Shown piece after piece: positions 16,705-24,293 of a DNA stretch of 44,528 nucleotides (position 1 is the first letter of the stretch; each line of letters begins with the position of its first letter). Under the pieces are notes generated by a model, which saw nothing but the letters and a program-made list of their open reading frames with translations, searched no databases and was not told where the DNA came from. Position numbers and translations under genes: made by a program. This DNA is from a virus, in IMG/VR virus record IMGVR_UViG_3300010231_000015. One strand, written 5' to 3'.

Positions 16705-17057
16705 GGTAGAGCCACCGCAACGGGTTCGACATCCGGCTCACCGAGCCAGTGACGTTCAACGATACCCGCCGCGCAATCCACGCGCTCCTCTGCGGCTTGC
16801 GTCGTGGTGTACACCGAGACCATGCGGCCCGTCTCGGTGTCCTTCGTGTCGAAGCACACACGAATCCACCCCTCGTTTTCTAGGCGCTTCAGCACGCCGC
16901 AGAGCGTCGAGATACGGATACCCAGCATCTCGCTGAGTTCGCTCCGGGTGAAGTACGTCAAGTGCAGCTTGCGCAGCACGACGAGCTTCAGCCCCTTAAC
17001 TTGCAGCAGGCTGAGTTCGTGCGACTCGGCCTTGAGTGTGTTGGATAGTTTGCTCAT
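16701..17057 (-). CDS. Winged-helix (MarR-like) DNA-binding protein
   Basis: 118 aa. RSELSEMLGIRISTLCGVLKRLENEGWIRV..DTETGRMVSVYTT fits an HTH followed by a beta-wing. Confidence 0.55.
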   Translation of the reverse strand: MSKLSNTLKAESHELSLLQVKGLKLVVLRKLHLTYFTRSELSEMLGIRISTLCGVLKRLENEGWIRVCFDTKDTETGRMVSVYTTTQAAEERVDCAAGIVERHWLGEPDVEPVAVALP

Positions 17058-17152
17058 GCGTGGAACCCTCGGTAGATGGTGATGCCGAACACCGCGACAG
17101 ACGCGATGAACCGATAACCATACGCGCTCACTTCATGCGTAACCTTAATCAT
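17054..17152 (-). CDS. 32-aa transmembrane micro-protein (not in the ORF track)
   Basis: MIKVTHEVSAYGYRFIASVAVFGITIYRGFHA. ATGA overlaps at both ends, with the helicase stop and with the wHTH start. GGAGG lies 4 nt upstream. Confidence 0.5.
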   Translation of the reverse strand: MIKVTHEVSAYGYRFIASVAVFGITIYRGFHA

Positions 17153-18429
17153 GCACCCTCCGTCATAGTCCATGTGTTGAGAATCGGATCGAACGCAGTT
17201 TGGAACTGGTTCTGCCCGTTGTGCCCTGCTCGCGCCAGCTTGTTCTTCGGCGTGCTGATGCCGCGAACGCCGGGGTAGTTAGTCAGCGCGCCGCCCATGA
17301 TGACTAAATCGAGCGTCGTCTGAATGCCGGTCTTGCTGTTCTGCATAGCAGAGAGCGGCGGGTACAGCATGTCGAATCCTTCGGCGCTAACTTGGATCGT
17401 GCCCACATGCAGGAAGTCATGGATAGCGGCAAGCTCACGCATGCCATTCCACACTTCCTCTAACTGGCCGATGTCATTGGCAGCGCCGCCGCGATTGCTC
17501 ACGGCGCGGATACGTCCCGTCATGTCGGTGATGACCACAGCGGGGTTGTGGTGCTCGATGATCTGCTCCACCTGAGCTATGTTCTTGCCGTGAATGTTCT
17601 TCAGGCGGATAGCATCGCGCCGACCAATGGCCTCGGCGTATGCGCCCTCAAGCTGCCCCGCATTACTCATGGCGTACATCTGCTCACGAGTGAGGTTCAA
17701 CACGGTCTGCCACAGCCGGGTCGTGATGCGCTCGGCCTGCCCCTCGTTGATGAGGCACAGGATCGGACGGCCAGTGCTGAGAAACTCTTGCACGCGCTGC
17801 CTCGCCCAGCCCGCCATAAGGCGACACAGCAGGCTCGTCTTGCCCTTGTCAGTGGGCATCACCACCGCGACGTTGTGACCCGGCCTGAGCCCGCGTATCG
17901 TGTTTGAGAGGATCGGACCAAAGGCGTCGATCACCAAGCCGCCCTCGTCCGCGTCGTCGCGCAGGTAGTCAGCAATGCTGCCGTCTGCCCACTGCCCCAC
18001 GCCGCCCTGCTGCATTTCACGCGAGGCTTCGAGGGCGAGCGCCTTCAACTCATACGAGAGGTCTACTTCCTCGCCACGGTTGAAGCGGGCAATGAGCGCC
18101 GCTGCCCGGCCTGATAGGTCACGCTCGCGCAGCATGTTCTGCACGCCGTACACAGCCTCGGCATTGGGCTCGTTGTTGAGTTGGTTCACAAGGTGCTGCA
18201 CGATACCGACAGCCTCGGGACCGGCGCTTGGGTCGGCACGCAATGCGATGAGTGAGTTAAGCTGATCGACTTCGATCCGCTCGGCCTCGGGGAATGTCGC
18301 CCAATACAAGGCGTACCACGCGAGGACATTGGTCGTATCCGGCGAGAGCATTGCATCAGGCACGGACGCACGCAGCGTGTTATAACGCCGACGCTCTCGC
18401 AGTGCGTGCAAGATTAGTGCATCACTCAC
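17149..18429 (-). CDS. Replicative DNA helicase (DnaB / T7 gp4 helicase-domain-like)
   Basis: 426 aa. GTG start at 18429 with AGGAG 5 nt upstream. Walker A MPTDKGKTS. RecA-like core. Confidence 0.85.
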   Translation of the reverse strand: MSDALILHALRERRRYNTLRASVPDAMLSPDTTNVLAWYALYWATFPEAERIEVDQLNSLIALRADPSAGPEAVGIVQHLVNQLNNEPNAEAVYGVQNMLRERDLSGRAAALIARFNRGEEVDLSYELKALALEASREMQQGGVGQWADGSIADYLRDDADEGGLVIDAFGPILSNTIRGLRPGHNVAVVMPTDKGKTSLLCRLMAGWARQRVQEFLSTGRPILCLINEGQAERITTRLWQTVLNLTREQMYAMSNAGQLEGAYAEAIGRRDAIRLKNIHGKNIAQVEQIIEHHNPAVVITDMTGRIRAVSNRGGAANDIGQLEEVWNGMRELAAIHDFLHVGTIQVSAEGFDMLYPPLSAMQNSKTGIQTTLDLVIMGGALTNYPGVRGISTPKNKLARAGHNGQNQFQTAFDPILNTWTMTEGA

Positions 18430-18438
18430 TAGGGCTCC

Positions 18439-19275
18439 TTAATAAAAGATGTTGCGAACGTGGAGTTGAATCGCGTTTATCTCCATGTCCTTCGGGTCAA
18501 GCCCATCGGGGGCGCATGCGTCAACGCCGCCGACCGGCACACCAATGCCCGCAGCACGCAGCCGCGTGAGGTTAGTGGCTGAGCCTTTATGGCCCGCGAA
18601 GTCTCCGTCGTAGAAGCTCGCCACTGCCTCATAGTTCTTGAGCATGAGCATGAACAGCTTGTCATGGATAGCGGTGCCGAGCGTGCAGAACACGTCAACT
18701 GGAGTGCCTGCCTTGGCGAGCGCCCACTGGACTTTATAGTAGGAGAACAAGTCCTCCACCACCACGGCCCGCTTGCCGTGCTTCACGTTGCCAACGTAGT
18801 GCTGCCCGTTGTACGTGAGCCACTTCTCCGGGCTTCGGCCACTCGTGTCGCGGCCCATGTACTCGGTGTGAAACAAACCTGATGCGAGCAGCAGCTTGTG
18901 CGTCGGTACTAGTAGCCGGTGGCGCGACTCGGACCATACAACACCAGTGGGCAGATACCCGAAGTCCATATGCTTGGACGCGAGAAACTTGGCGAGGAAC
19001 TCGCGTTGGTACTCCACCAACTCACTGACGCGCTTAGCGTCGCCCGGTATCGTAAGCACCCGACTCTGCGGCGGTTCGCTCTGCACCAGCAGAACGTGCG
19101 ACTTCATTTCCACAGCACCAGCCTTGCAGCGTTGGCAGTAACACCACCATCTGTCAGGCGTGTTGCCGACCACCATAGCCGCGTCTCCCTCGTGCCCATG
19201 CACTACTCGGGACTGCTGATTGATGGCGCACTTCTTCGCCTTGTCCAGCCATTCTTCATTCCGTATGCGTGACAT
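18439..19275 (-). CDS. DNA primase (zinc-binding plus TOPRIM)
   Basis: Start moved to ATG 19275 (AGGAGG RBS). 278 aa. Cys/His cluster C..HGH...CYCQRC, then VVVEDLFS and FYDGDFAG, which are TOPRIM-like acidic motifs. Confidence 0.8.
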   Translation of the reverse strand: MSRIRNEEWLDKAKKCAINQQSRVVHGHEGDAAMVVGNTPDRWWCYCQRCKAGAVEMKSHVLLVQSEPPQSRVLTIPGDAKRVSELVEYQREFLAKFLASKHMDFGYLPTGVVWSESRHRLLVPTHKLLLASGLFHTEYMGRDTSGRSPEKWLTYNGQHYVGNVKHGKRAVVVEDLFSYYKVQWALAKAGTPVDVFCTLGTAIHDKLFMLMLKNYEAVASFYDGDFAGHKGSATNLTRLRAAGIGVPVGGVDACAPDGLDPKDMEINAIQLHVRNIFY

Positions 19276-19540
19276 ACTTCCTCCTGTGAATGCTATGCCT
19301 TGGTGGCAGTGTGCGACCTCCACCCTCCACGGATGGTGCTCTCTATGCTCGCGCAGTGGGCCTCACTGCGGTTCCCGCCCTTGGCCTTCGGGCTTCTTCC
19401 GCAGCGCCTTCACAATCCAGACGCTTGCACGCTACACAGGGCCAGCCGTCGCCAACCCTCATTCGCTATCTGAGCTACACCAAGGCACAGCACTCACATG
19501 CTGTGCGCCGACCTTATACCCTTGCGTCGGCCTAGCAAGA

Positions 19541-20107
19541 TTAAACCTGCTTGACGTCCACGATCTGCGACTCTTGGATCACGACCGTATCTGCGTCGAA
19601 GCCTTCACCGAAGTAAATCTTGAAGCGCTTGTCGCCGTTCTCCAACGTCTGCACGCCGACGACCGATGCCGTGACTTCCTTCGCCGTCTCGGCGCGGCCA
19701 ACGCGGGCCACGATCACCGAGCCCGCCTTCACGCTTTCGAGCAGATCGACGCTGCGGAACTGCGCTTCGAGCGTGATGAGCGCCGCGCTATCCTTCTGGA
19801 TGCGATCCTTGAGCGCCTCGATTTTCTTCGAGAGCTTCTCAGCCTTGCTCAGTTCCGGGGCCGGTGCTTGCGGCTCACCACCCGAAGAAGCCGCGCCAGC
19901 CTCGACCGGCGCGGCGGCTGCGTTTCCCACTGCGGGGGCCACGACGACCGGAGCGACTTCGGGAGCCGGGGCCGCTGCGCCGACATTCGGGAGAACGACA
20001 GGGGCGTTGGTGATCGTAGCAGCCGGTGCGGGGATGGACGCTTGGACGGCTTGTTGGATTGCTGCGGCTTGTGCGATTGCTGCTTGTTCCGGGGTAACGA
20101 TTGCCAT
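19541..20107 (-). CDS. Hypothetical protein with an Ala/Pro/Val-rich N-terminal half
   Basis: 188 aa. AGGAG RBS. Preceded by motif-1 copy C. The N-terminal region ...IPAPAATITNAPVVLPNVGAAAPAPEVAPVVVAPAV... is followed by a coiled-coil-like segment and a beta-rich C-terminus. Confidence 0.75.
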   Translation of the reverse strand: MAIVTPEQAAIAQAAAIQQAVQASIPAPAATITNAPVVLPNVGAAAPAPEVAPVVVAPAVGNAAAAPVEAGAASSGGEPQAPAPELSKAEKLSKKIEALKDRIQKDSAALITLEAQFRSVDLLESVKAGSVIVARVGRAETAKEVTASVVGVQTLENGDKRFKIYFGEGFDADTVVIQESQIVDVKQV

Positions 20108-20141
20108 GTGATAAATCTCCTATGAAGGTTGAAACGGAAAG

Positions 20142-20154
20142 TGAATTGCGAGTA
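20142..20154 (-). promoter_or_regulatory. Motif-1 copy C (minus strand TACTCGCAATTCA)
   Basis: Lies 34 nt upstream of ATG 20107. The flank GCC-TACTCGCAATTCA is identical to copy B. Confidence 0.45.
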
Positions 20155-20157
20155 GGC

Positions 20158-20256
20158 TTAGCGGCGCGGCCTATACGTCAGGACATGCTTGACTCCTAAC
20201 ACCGTGATAACCACGCCGCTCAGCACACCAGCGGTGTACGTGAGCAGCGCGTTCAT
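20158..20256 (-). CDS. 32-aa transmembrane micro-protein (not in the ORF track)
   Basis: MNALLTYTAGVLSGVVITVLGVKHVLTYRPRR. ATGA overlap with the upstream stop. Weak SD sequence. Confidence 0.4.
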   Translation of the reverse strand: MNALLTYTAGVLSGVVITVLGVKHVLTYRPRR

Positions 20257-20657
20257 GCGTCGGCCTGTTCCAGTGCGCCCTCGTCACCGTGTACCGGGTA
20301 CTCCGGGTTCGGCTTGATGGCGACGGCTTCGAGTTGCTCGCGGCCCTTGACCTTGGTGACGACGCGATCCGGCACGTCCACCGTGACATCTGCCGGTGCG
20401 AGACGCAGGCCGACGCCAGTGCCGAACGATTGCACGTCCGACACGAAGCCGACACGAACCACGTTGCGCAGAGCATGCTTCAACGCGAGACGAAGGAACT
20501 CGTCATCGTTCGTGTAGTGCTCCTTGTGCAGCTTGTTCAGATACTGCTCCCCGCCGTCAGCGGGTTCCTCGGCGGCCATGCTGCGCAGGTCTTTCAGTAC
20601 GGCGTCCGGGATCGTGATGCGCCCGTCGAGCGCCATTGTGAAGTGGAAGGTTTTCAT
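20253..20657 (-). CDS. Hypothetical protein (possible AbrB/SpoVT-like N-terminus)
   Basis: 134 aa with an ATGA overlap. LDGRITIPDAVLKDLRS weakly resembles the looped-hinge-helix DNA-binding motif. Confidence 0.6.
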   Translation of the reverse strand: MKTFHFTMALDGRITIPDAVLKDLRSMAAEEPADGGEQYLNKLHKEHYTNDDEFLRLALKHALRNVVRVGFVSDVQSFGTGVGLRLAPADVTVDVPDRVVTKVKGREQLEAVAIKPNPEYPVHGDEGALEQADA

Positions 20658-21046
20658 GCCTTGTCAGCGTCCTTGTGAGTCGTCACCATGATGCTTGCGA
20701 CGTGCTTGTTGTGGATGATGTGGACGCCCTTGTTGTTGACGCCCGCATGGGTGATGCGCCCTTGGATCGCAGGCAGGCCGTCTGCCATGATCGGGGAGCC
20801 GCGCTTCTGGTGGAACGCCGCGTTGCGTGTGCAGCGGAAGCGCTTCTCGCGACGCAACTGCGAACGCTGGGCGCGGTTCGGGTAGAACTCGGGCGTCGCC
20901 TCGACCGGCTCGGGCTTGGGCAGTTTGTCCCACAGGCCGCGCTCGATAGTGCCAAGCTCGTCGCTGATAGCTTGCGCCTCGTGGGTCTTGAAGCGGCCCG
21001 TAACGCTGAGCGCGCCGAGCAGTCGATTACCAATGTTGCCGAACAT
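20654..21046 (-). CDS. Hypothetical protein
   Basis: 130 aa. AAGGAG RBS 4 nt before ATG 21046. Confidence 0.65.
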   Translation of the reverse strand: MFGNIGNRLLGALSVTGRFKTHEAQAISDELGTIERGLWDKLPKPEPVEATPEFYPNRAQRSQLRREKRFRCTRNAAFHQKRGSPIMADGLPAIQGRITHAGVNNKGVHIIHNKHVASIMVTTHKDADKA

Positions 21047-21196
21047 AGGGCTCCTTATCGGGGTCTGTTGTTGTTGCGAAACTGGCCCGGTCGCAGACGA
21101 GTGTCATGCAAACGGGTATCGGGCGGCGTGCGCAGTGCTGCCTTGCGTGCTTCCTGCATCCACGCAGGCTCACGGCGCAACGCGTCAGCGAACGTG

Positions 21197-21565
21197 TCAG
21201 GCTTCTGCATGCTCGGTCGCCTTCTTGCGGACAATCGTAAGCTCGTCCTCGAACGACTTGAGCGCCGCGATCACAGCGTCGCGCGCCGTGTCGTGGTCCT
21301 TCTCGATAGCCTTCTTGGTTGCTTCGAACGCGGCCTGTGCAGCAGCCAATGCGCGCTGATAGTCAACCTTCGCGTCGAGCATGCGGGCTCGCGTTTCAAC
21401 GCCGATGTCCTGCAACTCTTTGCGCTTCAACGCGCTGCGCTTGGCAACGTCATTGAAGTGGTTGTTCAGTGCGGTTGCGTGCAGGCCGTGCAGCGTGTCA
21501 TACAACACGATGGCCGCTTGATGCAGGGCTTCGGTGATGCGAGCCGAGATACGTGCTGCGCTCAT
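21197..21565 (-). CDS. Hypothetical helical / coiled-coil protein
   Basis: 122 aa. AGGAG RBS. Motif-1 copy D lies 16 nt upstream. Confidence 0.65.
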   Translation of the reverse strand: MSAARISARITEALHQAAIVLYDTLHGLHATALNNHFNDVAKRSALKRKELQDIGVETRARMLDAKVDYQRALAAAQAAFEATKKAIEKDHDTARDAVIAALKSFEDELTIVRKKATEHAEA

Positions 21566-21581
21566 GTGAGAATCTCCTGAA

Positions 21582-21594
21582 TGAATTGTGAGTA
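21582..21594 (-). promoter_or_regulatory. Motif-1 copy D (minus strand TACTCACAATTCA)
   Basis: One mismatch to the consensus. It sits directly upstream of the RBS of 21197..21565. Confidence 0.4.
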
Positions 21595-21630
21595 CGGAAC
21601 GACGCGGCTACCGGGCCGCGCCGCCGTGGG

Positions 21631-21759
21631 TTACTCGGACGCTTCGGCGTTCGATGAGCCCGTCGAGACGAGGACCGGACCGTATTGATTGACCGTGATG
21701 GTGTTGACTGCGCAGCCCGAGAGAGCGACGAGGATCACAGCAGCGATGATTGCTTTCAT
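21631..21759 (-). CDS. 42-aa lipoprotein (not in the ORF track)
   Basis: MKAIIAAVILVALSGCAVNTITVNQYGPVLVSTGSSNAEASE has a signal peptide with an L-S-G-C lipobox. ATGA overlap with the upstream stop. GGAG 8 nt upstream. Confidence 0.6.
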   Translation of the reverse strand: MKAIIAAVILVALSGCAVNTITVNQYGPVLVSTGSSNAEASE

Positions 21760-22085
21760 TTGAGAAGCTCCTTGTGAGGATCGAACACTCGCACGCCTCG
21801 GAACATAATGCCCTCAGCCGCTTCATGCTCTACGAACTGTTTAACTGCTAGGTACACCGTCTTTATGACGGAATCTTGTGTAGCGCCATGCTCGATGAGC
21901 CAAGTGCGACCCCATTGCCACACTTCCTCTTGTGAGTTCACGCAAGGCAGCAGGCAACCAACTTGGATACCCACTAAGCCGAGGCCCAAAGGAACCGGCA
22001 CAACATCGAGCTTGTTGCCCACGACCTCAACGCGCAAGTCACGAACAATCGCGCTTACCTCGCGGAAGTCAAGCGCCTTACTCAC
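21756..22085 (-). CDS. Hypothetical protein
   Basis: 109 aa. The GTG start overlaps the upstream gene by 8 nt. No strong SD sequence. Confidence 0.5.
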   Translation of the reverse strand: MSKALDFREVSAIVRDLRVEVVGNKLDVVPVPLGLGLVGIQVGCLLPCVNSQEEVWQWGRTWLIEHGATQDSVIKTVYLAVKQFVEHEAAEGIMFRGVRVFDPHKELLK

Positions 22086-22263
22086 CAGTGTTCAGCGCGT
22101 CCGCTGCCTGCTGACAGTCCGCCGCCCGAGCAAACGAGGCTTCGCCCCAGCCATTCGTTTGCGTGTCGTAAATGCGCCAGCCGTCACCCTTCCACTGCGC
22201 TTGGTAGCGCTCGTTGGTAACAGTCGGGTCGTTCATCTTGCGAATCTCTTGTAGGCCGTGCAT
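22078..22263 (-). CDS. Hypothetical protein
   Basis: 61 aa. AGGAG lies 10 nt upstream of ATG 22263. Confidence 0.5.
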   Translation of the reverse strand: MHGLQEIRKMNDPTVTNERYQAQWKGDGWRIYDTQTNGWGEASFARAADCQQAADALNTGE

Positions 22264-22284
22264 GTGGTTGGTTCTCCTTCGTTG

Positions 22285-22713
22285 TTACTTCAGTTTGATA
22301 ATGCAGTAGCGAGTCGCTTCCGTGCTGCTCGCGCCGAATTTATGAATGGCCGCTGCTACCCTGTGCGCCTCCTTACACGAGGTCCAAGTGCGCGCTTCCC
22401 CATCGGCGCTGTGGAAGTAGAACTTCTCGCCGGTGACAAGATTCAACACGTAGTACCGCGTGTAGTCCACCCGCTCATCCATGCAGCGGTGCATCGTGCC
22501 GACTACCATAAGCGGGTACGTGTCACCGATGCTGTGGCGTTGCAGCCCGCCAGTGTTCGCGCCGTGGCCGGTGTACTCGGCGGCGAATGCTTTGGGCGCT
22601 GCGTTGCTACGCTCGCTGACGGCCAGCTTGAAGCCGTCTGCTTGTTGGTCACGGTACATGCTGGTCATGGCGTTCGGCTCCGATGGGTTGCCATACTTGT
22701 TTGTTCGAAACAT
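22285..22713 (-). CDS. Hypothetical protein
   Basis: Start moved to ATG 22713 (AGGAGG 4 nt upstream). 142 aa. Motif-1 copy E lies 41 nt upstream. Confidence 0.65.
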   Translation of the reverse strand: MFRTNKYGNPSEPNAMTSMYRDQQADGFKLAVSERSNAAPKAFAAEYTGHGANTGGLQRHSIGDTYPLMVVGTMHRCMDERVDYTRYYVLNLVTGEKFYFHSADGEARTWTSCKEAHRVAAAIHKFGASSTEATRYCIIKLK

Positions 22714-22754
22714 CAATCCTCCTACGCGATGTCGTCCACCACATGCACGCAGCA

Positions 22755-22767
22755 ACAATTGCGAGTA
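22755..22767 (-). promoter_or_regulatory. Motif-1 copy E (minus strand TACTCGCAATTGT)
   Basis: The core TACTCGCAATT is conserved. Confidence 0.4.
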
Positions 22768-22808
22768 CGCTGTCCGCCGCAAGCAGCACGTAGATGAGCG
22801 TATCCACG

Positions 22809-22976
22809 TTACACCAAGTAGGCGTAGTGGTTCACGAGGTCGCGGCTGTCGCGCTGCTGCTTGCGCGCCTCTTGCCGTTCGCGCTCAATCAATGCGCGCT
22901 GCTCGTTCACCTGTTGACGATCCGATTGAACGCGCTGCGGTTTCTTCTTGCGCTCAAAGCCAGTATTGCTGTGCAT
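22809..22976 (-). CDS. 55-aa basic coiled-coil protein (not in the ORF track)
   Basis: MHSNTGFERKKKPQRVQSDRQQVNEQRALIERERQEARKQQRDSRDLVNHYAYLV. The ATG directly follows the upstream TAA. GGAG 6 nt upstream. Confidence 0.5.
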   Translation of the reverse strand: MHSNTGFERKKKPQRVQSDRQQVNEQRALIERERQEARKQQRDSRDLVNHYAYLV

Positions 22977-23144
22977 TTAAATCTCCCTTGCTCGTGTACA
23001 GGTGATGATGTTGTTGGTCTTGCCGAAGTCTCGCAGGTTATCCCGCGACACCTGACAGTCATACTCAGAATCGAAGCCGTCAACTTGCATGACGACATCG
23101 GCCTTGCCGGTGCTGAGTAGCACCACGACGATTAGCGTCCACAT
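22977..23144 (-). CDS. 55-aa protein with an N-terminal hydrophobic (signal/TM) segment
   Basis: Start moved to ATG 23144 (GGAGGA 6 nt upstream). Sequence MWTLIVVVLLSTGKADVV... Confidence 0.55.
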   Translation of the reverse strand: MWTLIVVVLLSTGKADVVMQVDGFDSEYDCQVSRDNLRDFGKTNNIITCTRAREI

Positions 23145-23230
23145 AGCGTGTCCTCCACCTTGTGACATACTTCGCCGCGTTGCAGTTCGCGGCTACACCA
23201 CCAACAACGCGAGAAGTATCCGGCTTTCAT
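23132..23230 (-). CDS. 32-aa Cys-rich micro-protein (not in the ORF track)
   Basis: MKAGYFSRCWWCSRELQRGEVCHKVEDTLCGR (CxxC-x9-C-x7-C). GAGG 5 nt upstream. Overlaps the next start by 13 nt. Confidence 0.35.
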   Translation of the reverse strand: MKAGYFSRCWWCSRELQRGEVCHKVEDTLCGR

Positions 23231-23237
23231 GATGGCC

Positions 23238-23639
23238 TCAGAAGGGGATGCGAATGTTCTTCACTTCGCCAGTGTCGTCGGCCCGCCACAACGAACGGTC
23301 GATCCAGTCAAGCCGAGCTTGGCGGTAGTCAAGGTGTGACATTTCGTCCTTACTCTCGGGATGCGCGGCGTCGTAAGCGTGGTCGAACACACCTACGATG
23401 ATGAGCCCATCCACGGGCTTGGCGTTAAGTGCCTGCTGTACCTCATGGTATAGCTCAGCCGCCATTGTGATAATCCAGTTCGCGGTCACTTCCCCGAATA
23501 GCGCGCAGTCCTCGTGAATCTGCCGAACTGCGTCAGCGCCCACCGCCGTAATGGCATGGCACAAGAATGCATTATCGCCCGATGCGATGCGCTCGCGGGC
23601 CAGCGTCAGTAATTGGATATGGTTGCGTGGGAGTTCCAT
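23238..23639 (-). CDS. Hypothetical protein
   Basis: Start moved to ATG 23639, 1 nt after the upstream TGA, with GGGG upstream. 133 aa. Confidence 0.6.
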   Translation of the reverse strand: MELPRNHIQLLTLARERIASGDNAFLCHAITAVGADAVRQIHEDCALFGEVTANWIITMAAELYHEVQQALNAKPVDGLIIVGVFDHAYDAAHPESKDEMSHLDYRQARLDWIDRSLWRADDTGEVKNIRIPF

Positions 23640-23640
23640 G

Positions 23641-23883
23641 TCATGCCCCTTGACGTGATGCGACGATTGAAGTGCGTCCGTGAAACGAACGCTCGATGTT
23701 GACTGCTGCGTGATTGGGATAGCACGCGGCCCATTCCAGCCCGTCTGACAGGCTCGCGGCCTCGTGCCTATACCAATCACCCTCCCACAACACGGAGGCC
23801 GTCCAGCGCGTTTGTCGCCGGTCGTGGAGCCTGCATAAAACTTCGGCCACCGCGAAGATGGCCGACAAGATGAGAGCGATCAT
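23641..23883 (-). CDS. Hypothetical membrane-anchored protein
   Basis: Start moved to ATG 23883, 1 nt after the upstream TAA. 80 aa. N-terminal MIALILSAIFAVAEVL is a TM helix. Confidence 0.5.
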   Translation of the reverse strand: MIALILSAIFAVAEVLCRLHDRRQTRWTASVLWEGDWYRHEAASLSDGLEWAACYPNHAAVNIERSFHGRTSIVASRQGA

Positions 23884-23884
23884 G

Positions 23885-24136
23885 TTAGTTCCAAAGGTTG
23901 TCCACGTACTGCTCAGCTTGCCACTCGTAGCACTCACCCATCGTGACATCACCGCAGTCGGCCCACGCCTGCTCAGCTTCGGTGATGAACGTGACGGCAT
24001 CATCCCCTTGTAGGAAGATGTCCTCGTGCCTGCCTTTCAGGTCTACGATGCGCACAGTACCGCGAATGCTTGCAACATCGACGCGCACAAACTTCATGCG
24101 CGCCGCAGTCGCCTTAATGATGGCGGACAGTTTCAT
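23885..24136 (-). CDS. Hypothetical protein
   Basis: 83 aa. Motif-1 copy F lies 14 nt upstream. Confidence 0.6.
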   Translation of the reverse strand: MKLSAIIKATAARMKFVRVDVASIRGTVRIVDLKGRHEDIFLQGDDAVTFITEAEQAWADCGDVTMGECYEWQAEQYVDNLWN

Positions 24137-24150
24137 GATTAACGCCTATG

Positions 24151-24163
24151 GGAATTGCGAGTT
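24151..24163 (-). promoter_or_regulatory. Motif-1 copy F (minus strand AACTCGCAATTCC)
   Basis: The core ACTCGCAATTC is conserved. It follows the stop of the 40-aa micro-ORF. Confidence 0.4.
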
Positions 24164-24170
24164 GGCCGCG

Positions 24171-24293
24171 TTACTTCCGGCCAATGCAGGTAAGGAGCAA
24201 TGCCCACACGCCAGCGAACACACAGAACGCAAGCGACGCAAGCATCGGAAAGAACAGCAGGAACAGGAGTGCGCCGCAGATAGCTTCGATCAT
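24171..24293 (-). CDS. 40-aa transmembrane micro-protein (not in the ORF track)
   Basis: MIEAICGALLFLLFFPMLASLAFCVFAGVWALLLTCIGRK. AGGAG 6 nt upstream, overlapping the upstream TAG. Confidence 0.55.
   Translation of the reverse strand: MIEAICGALLFLLFFPMLASLAFCVFAGVWALLLTCIGRK

Noticed and set aside
16701-17057. The wHTH protein as evidence of a temperate lifestyle.
   Set aside because: There is no integrase, excisionase, CI/Cro-like switch or attachment site anywhere. The genome layout is that of a strictly lytic T7-supergroup phage.
19450-19480. The tRNA-like string GTAGCTCAGAT on the minus strand of the primase-upstream spacer.
   Set aside because: No complementary D-stem (GAGC), no T-arm (GTTCRA) and no acceptor stem could be built around it, so there is no cloverleaf.
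20171-20476. Alternative-frame minus-strand ORFs overlapping supported genes, for example 20171..20476, 22907..23098, 8298..8759, 11545..12048 and 3793..4164.
   Set aside because: They lie wholly inside better-supported frames, are Arg/Ser/Pro-rich and have no SD sequences. They are frame shadows of GC-rich genes.
21047-21196. A possible 34-aa ORF (MQEARKAALRTPPD...) in the 150-nt spacer.
   Set aside because: It has no SD sequence, an Arg/Pro-rich composition and no coupling to its neighbours. It is treated as an untranslated spacer containing a small CCTGC-n6-GCAGG hairpin.
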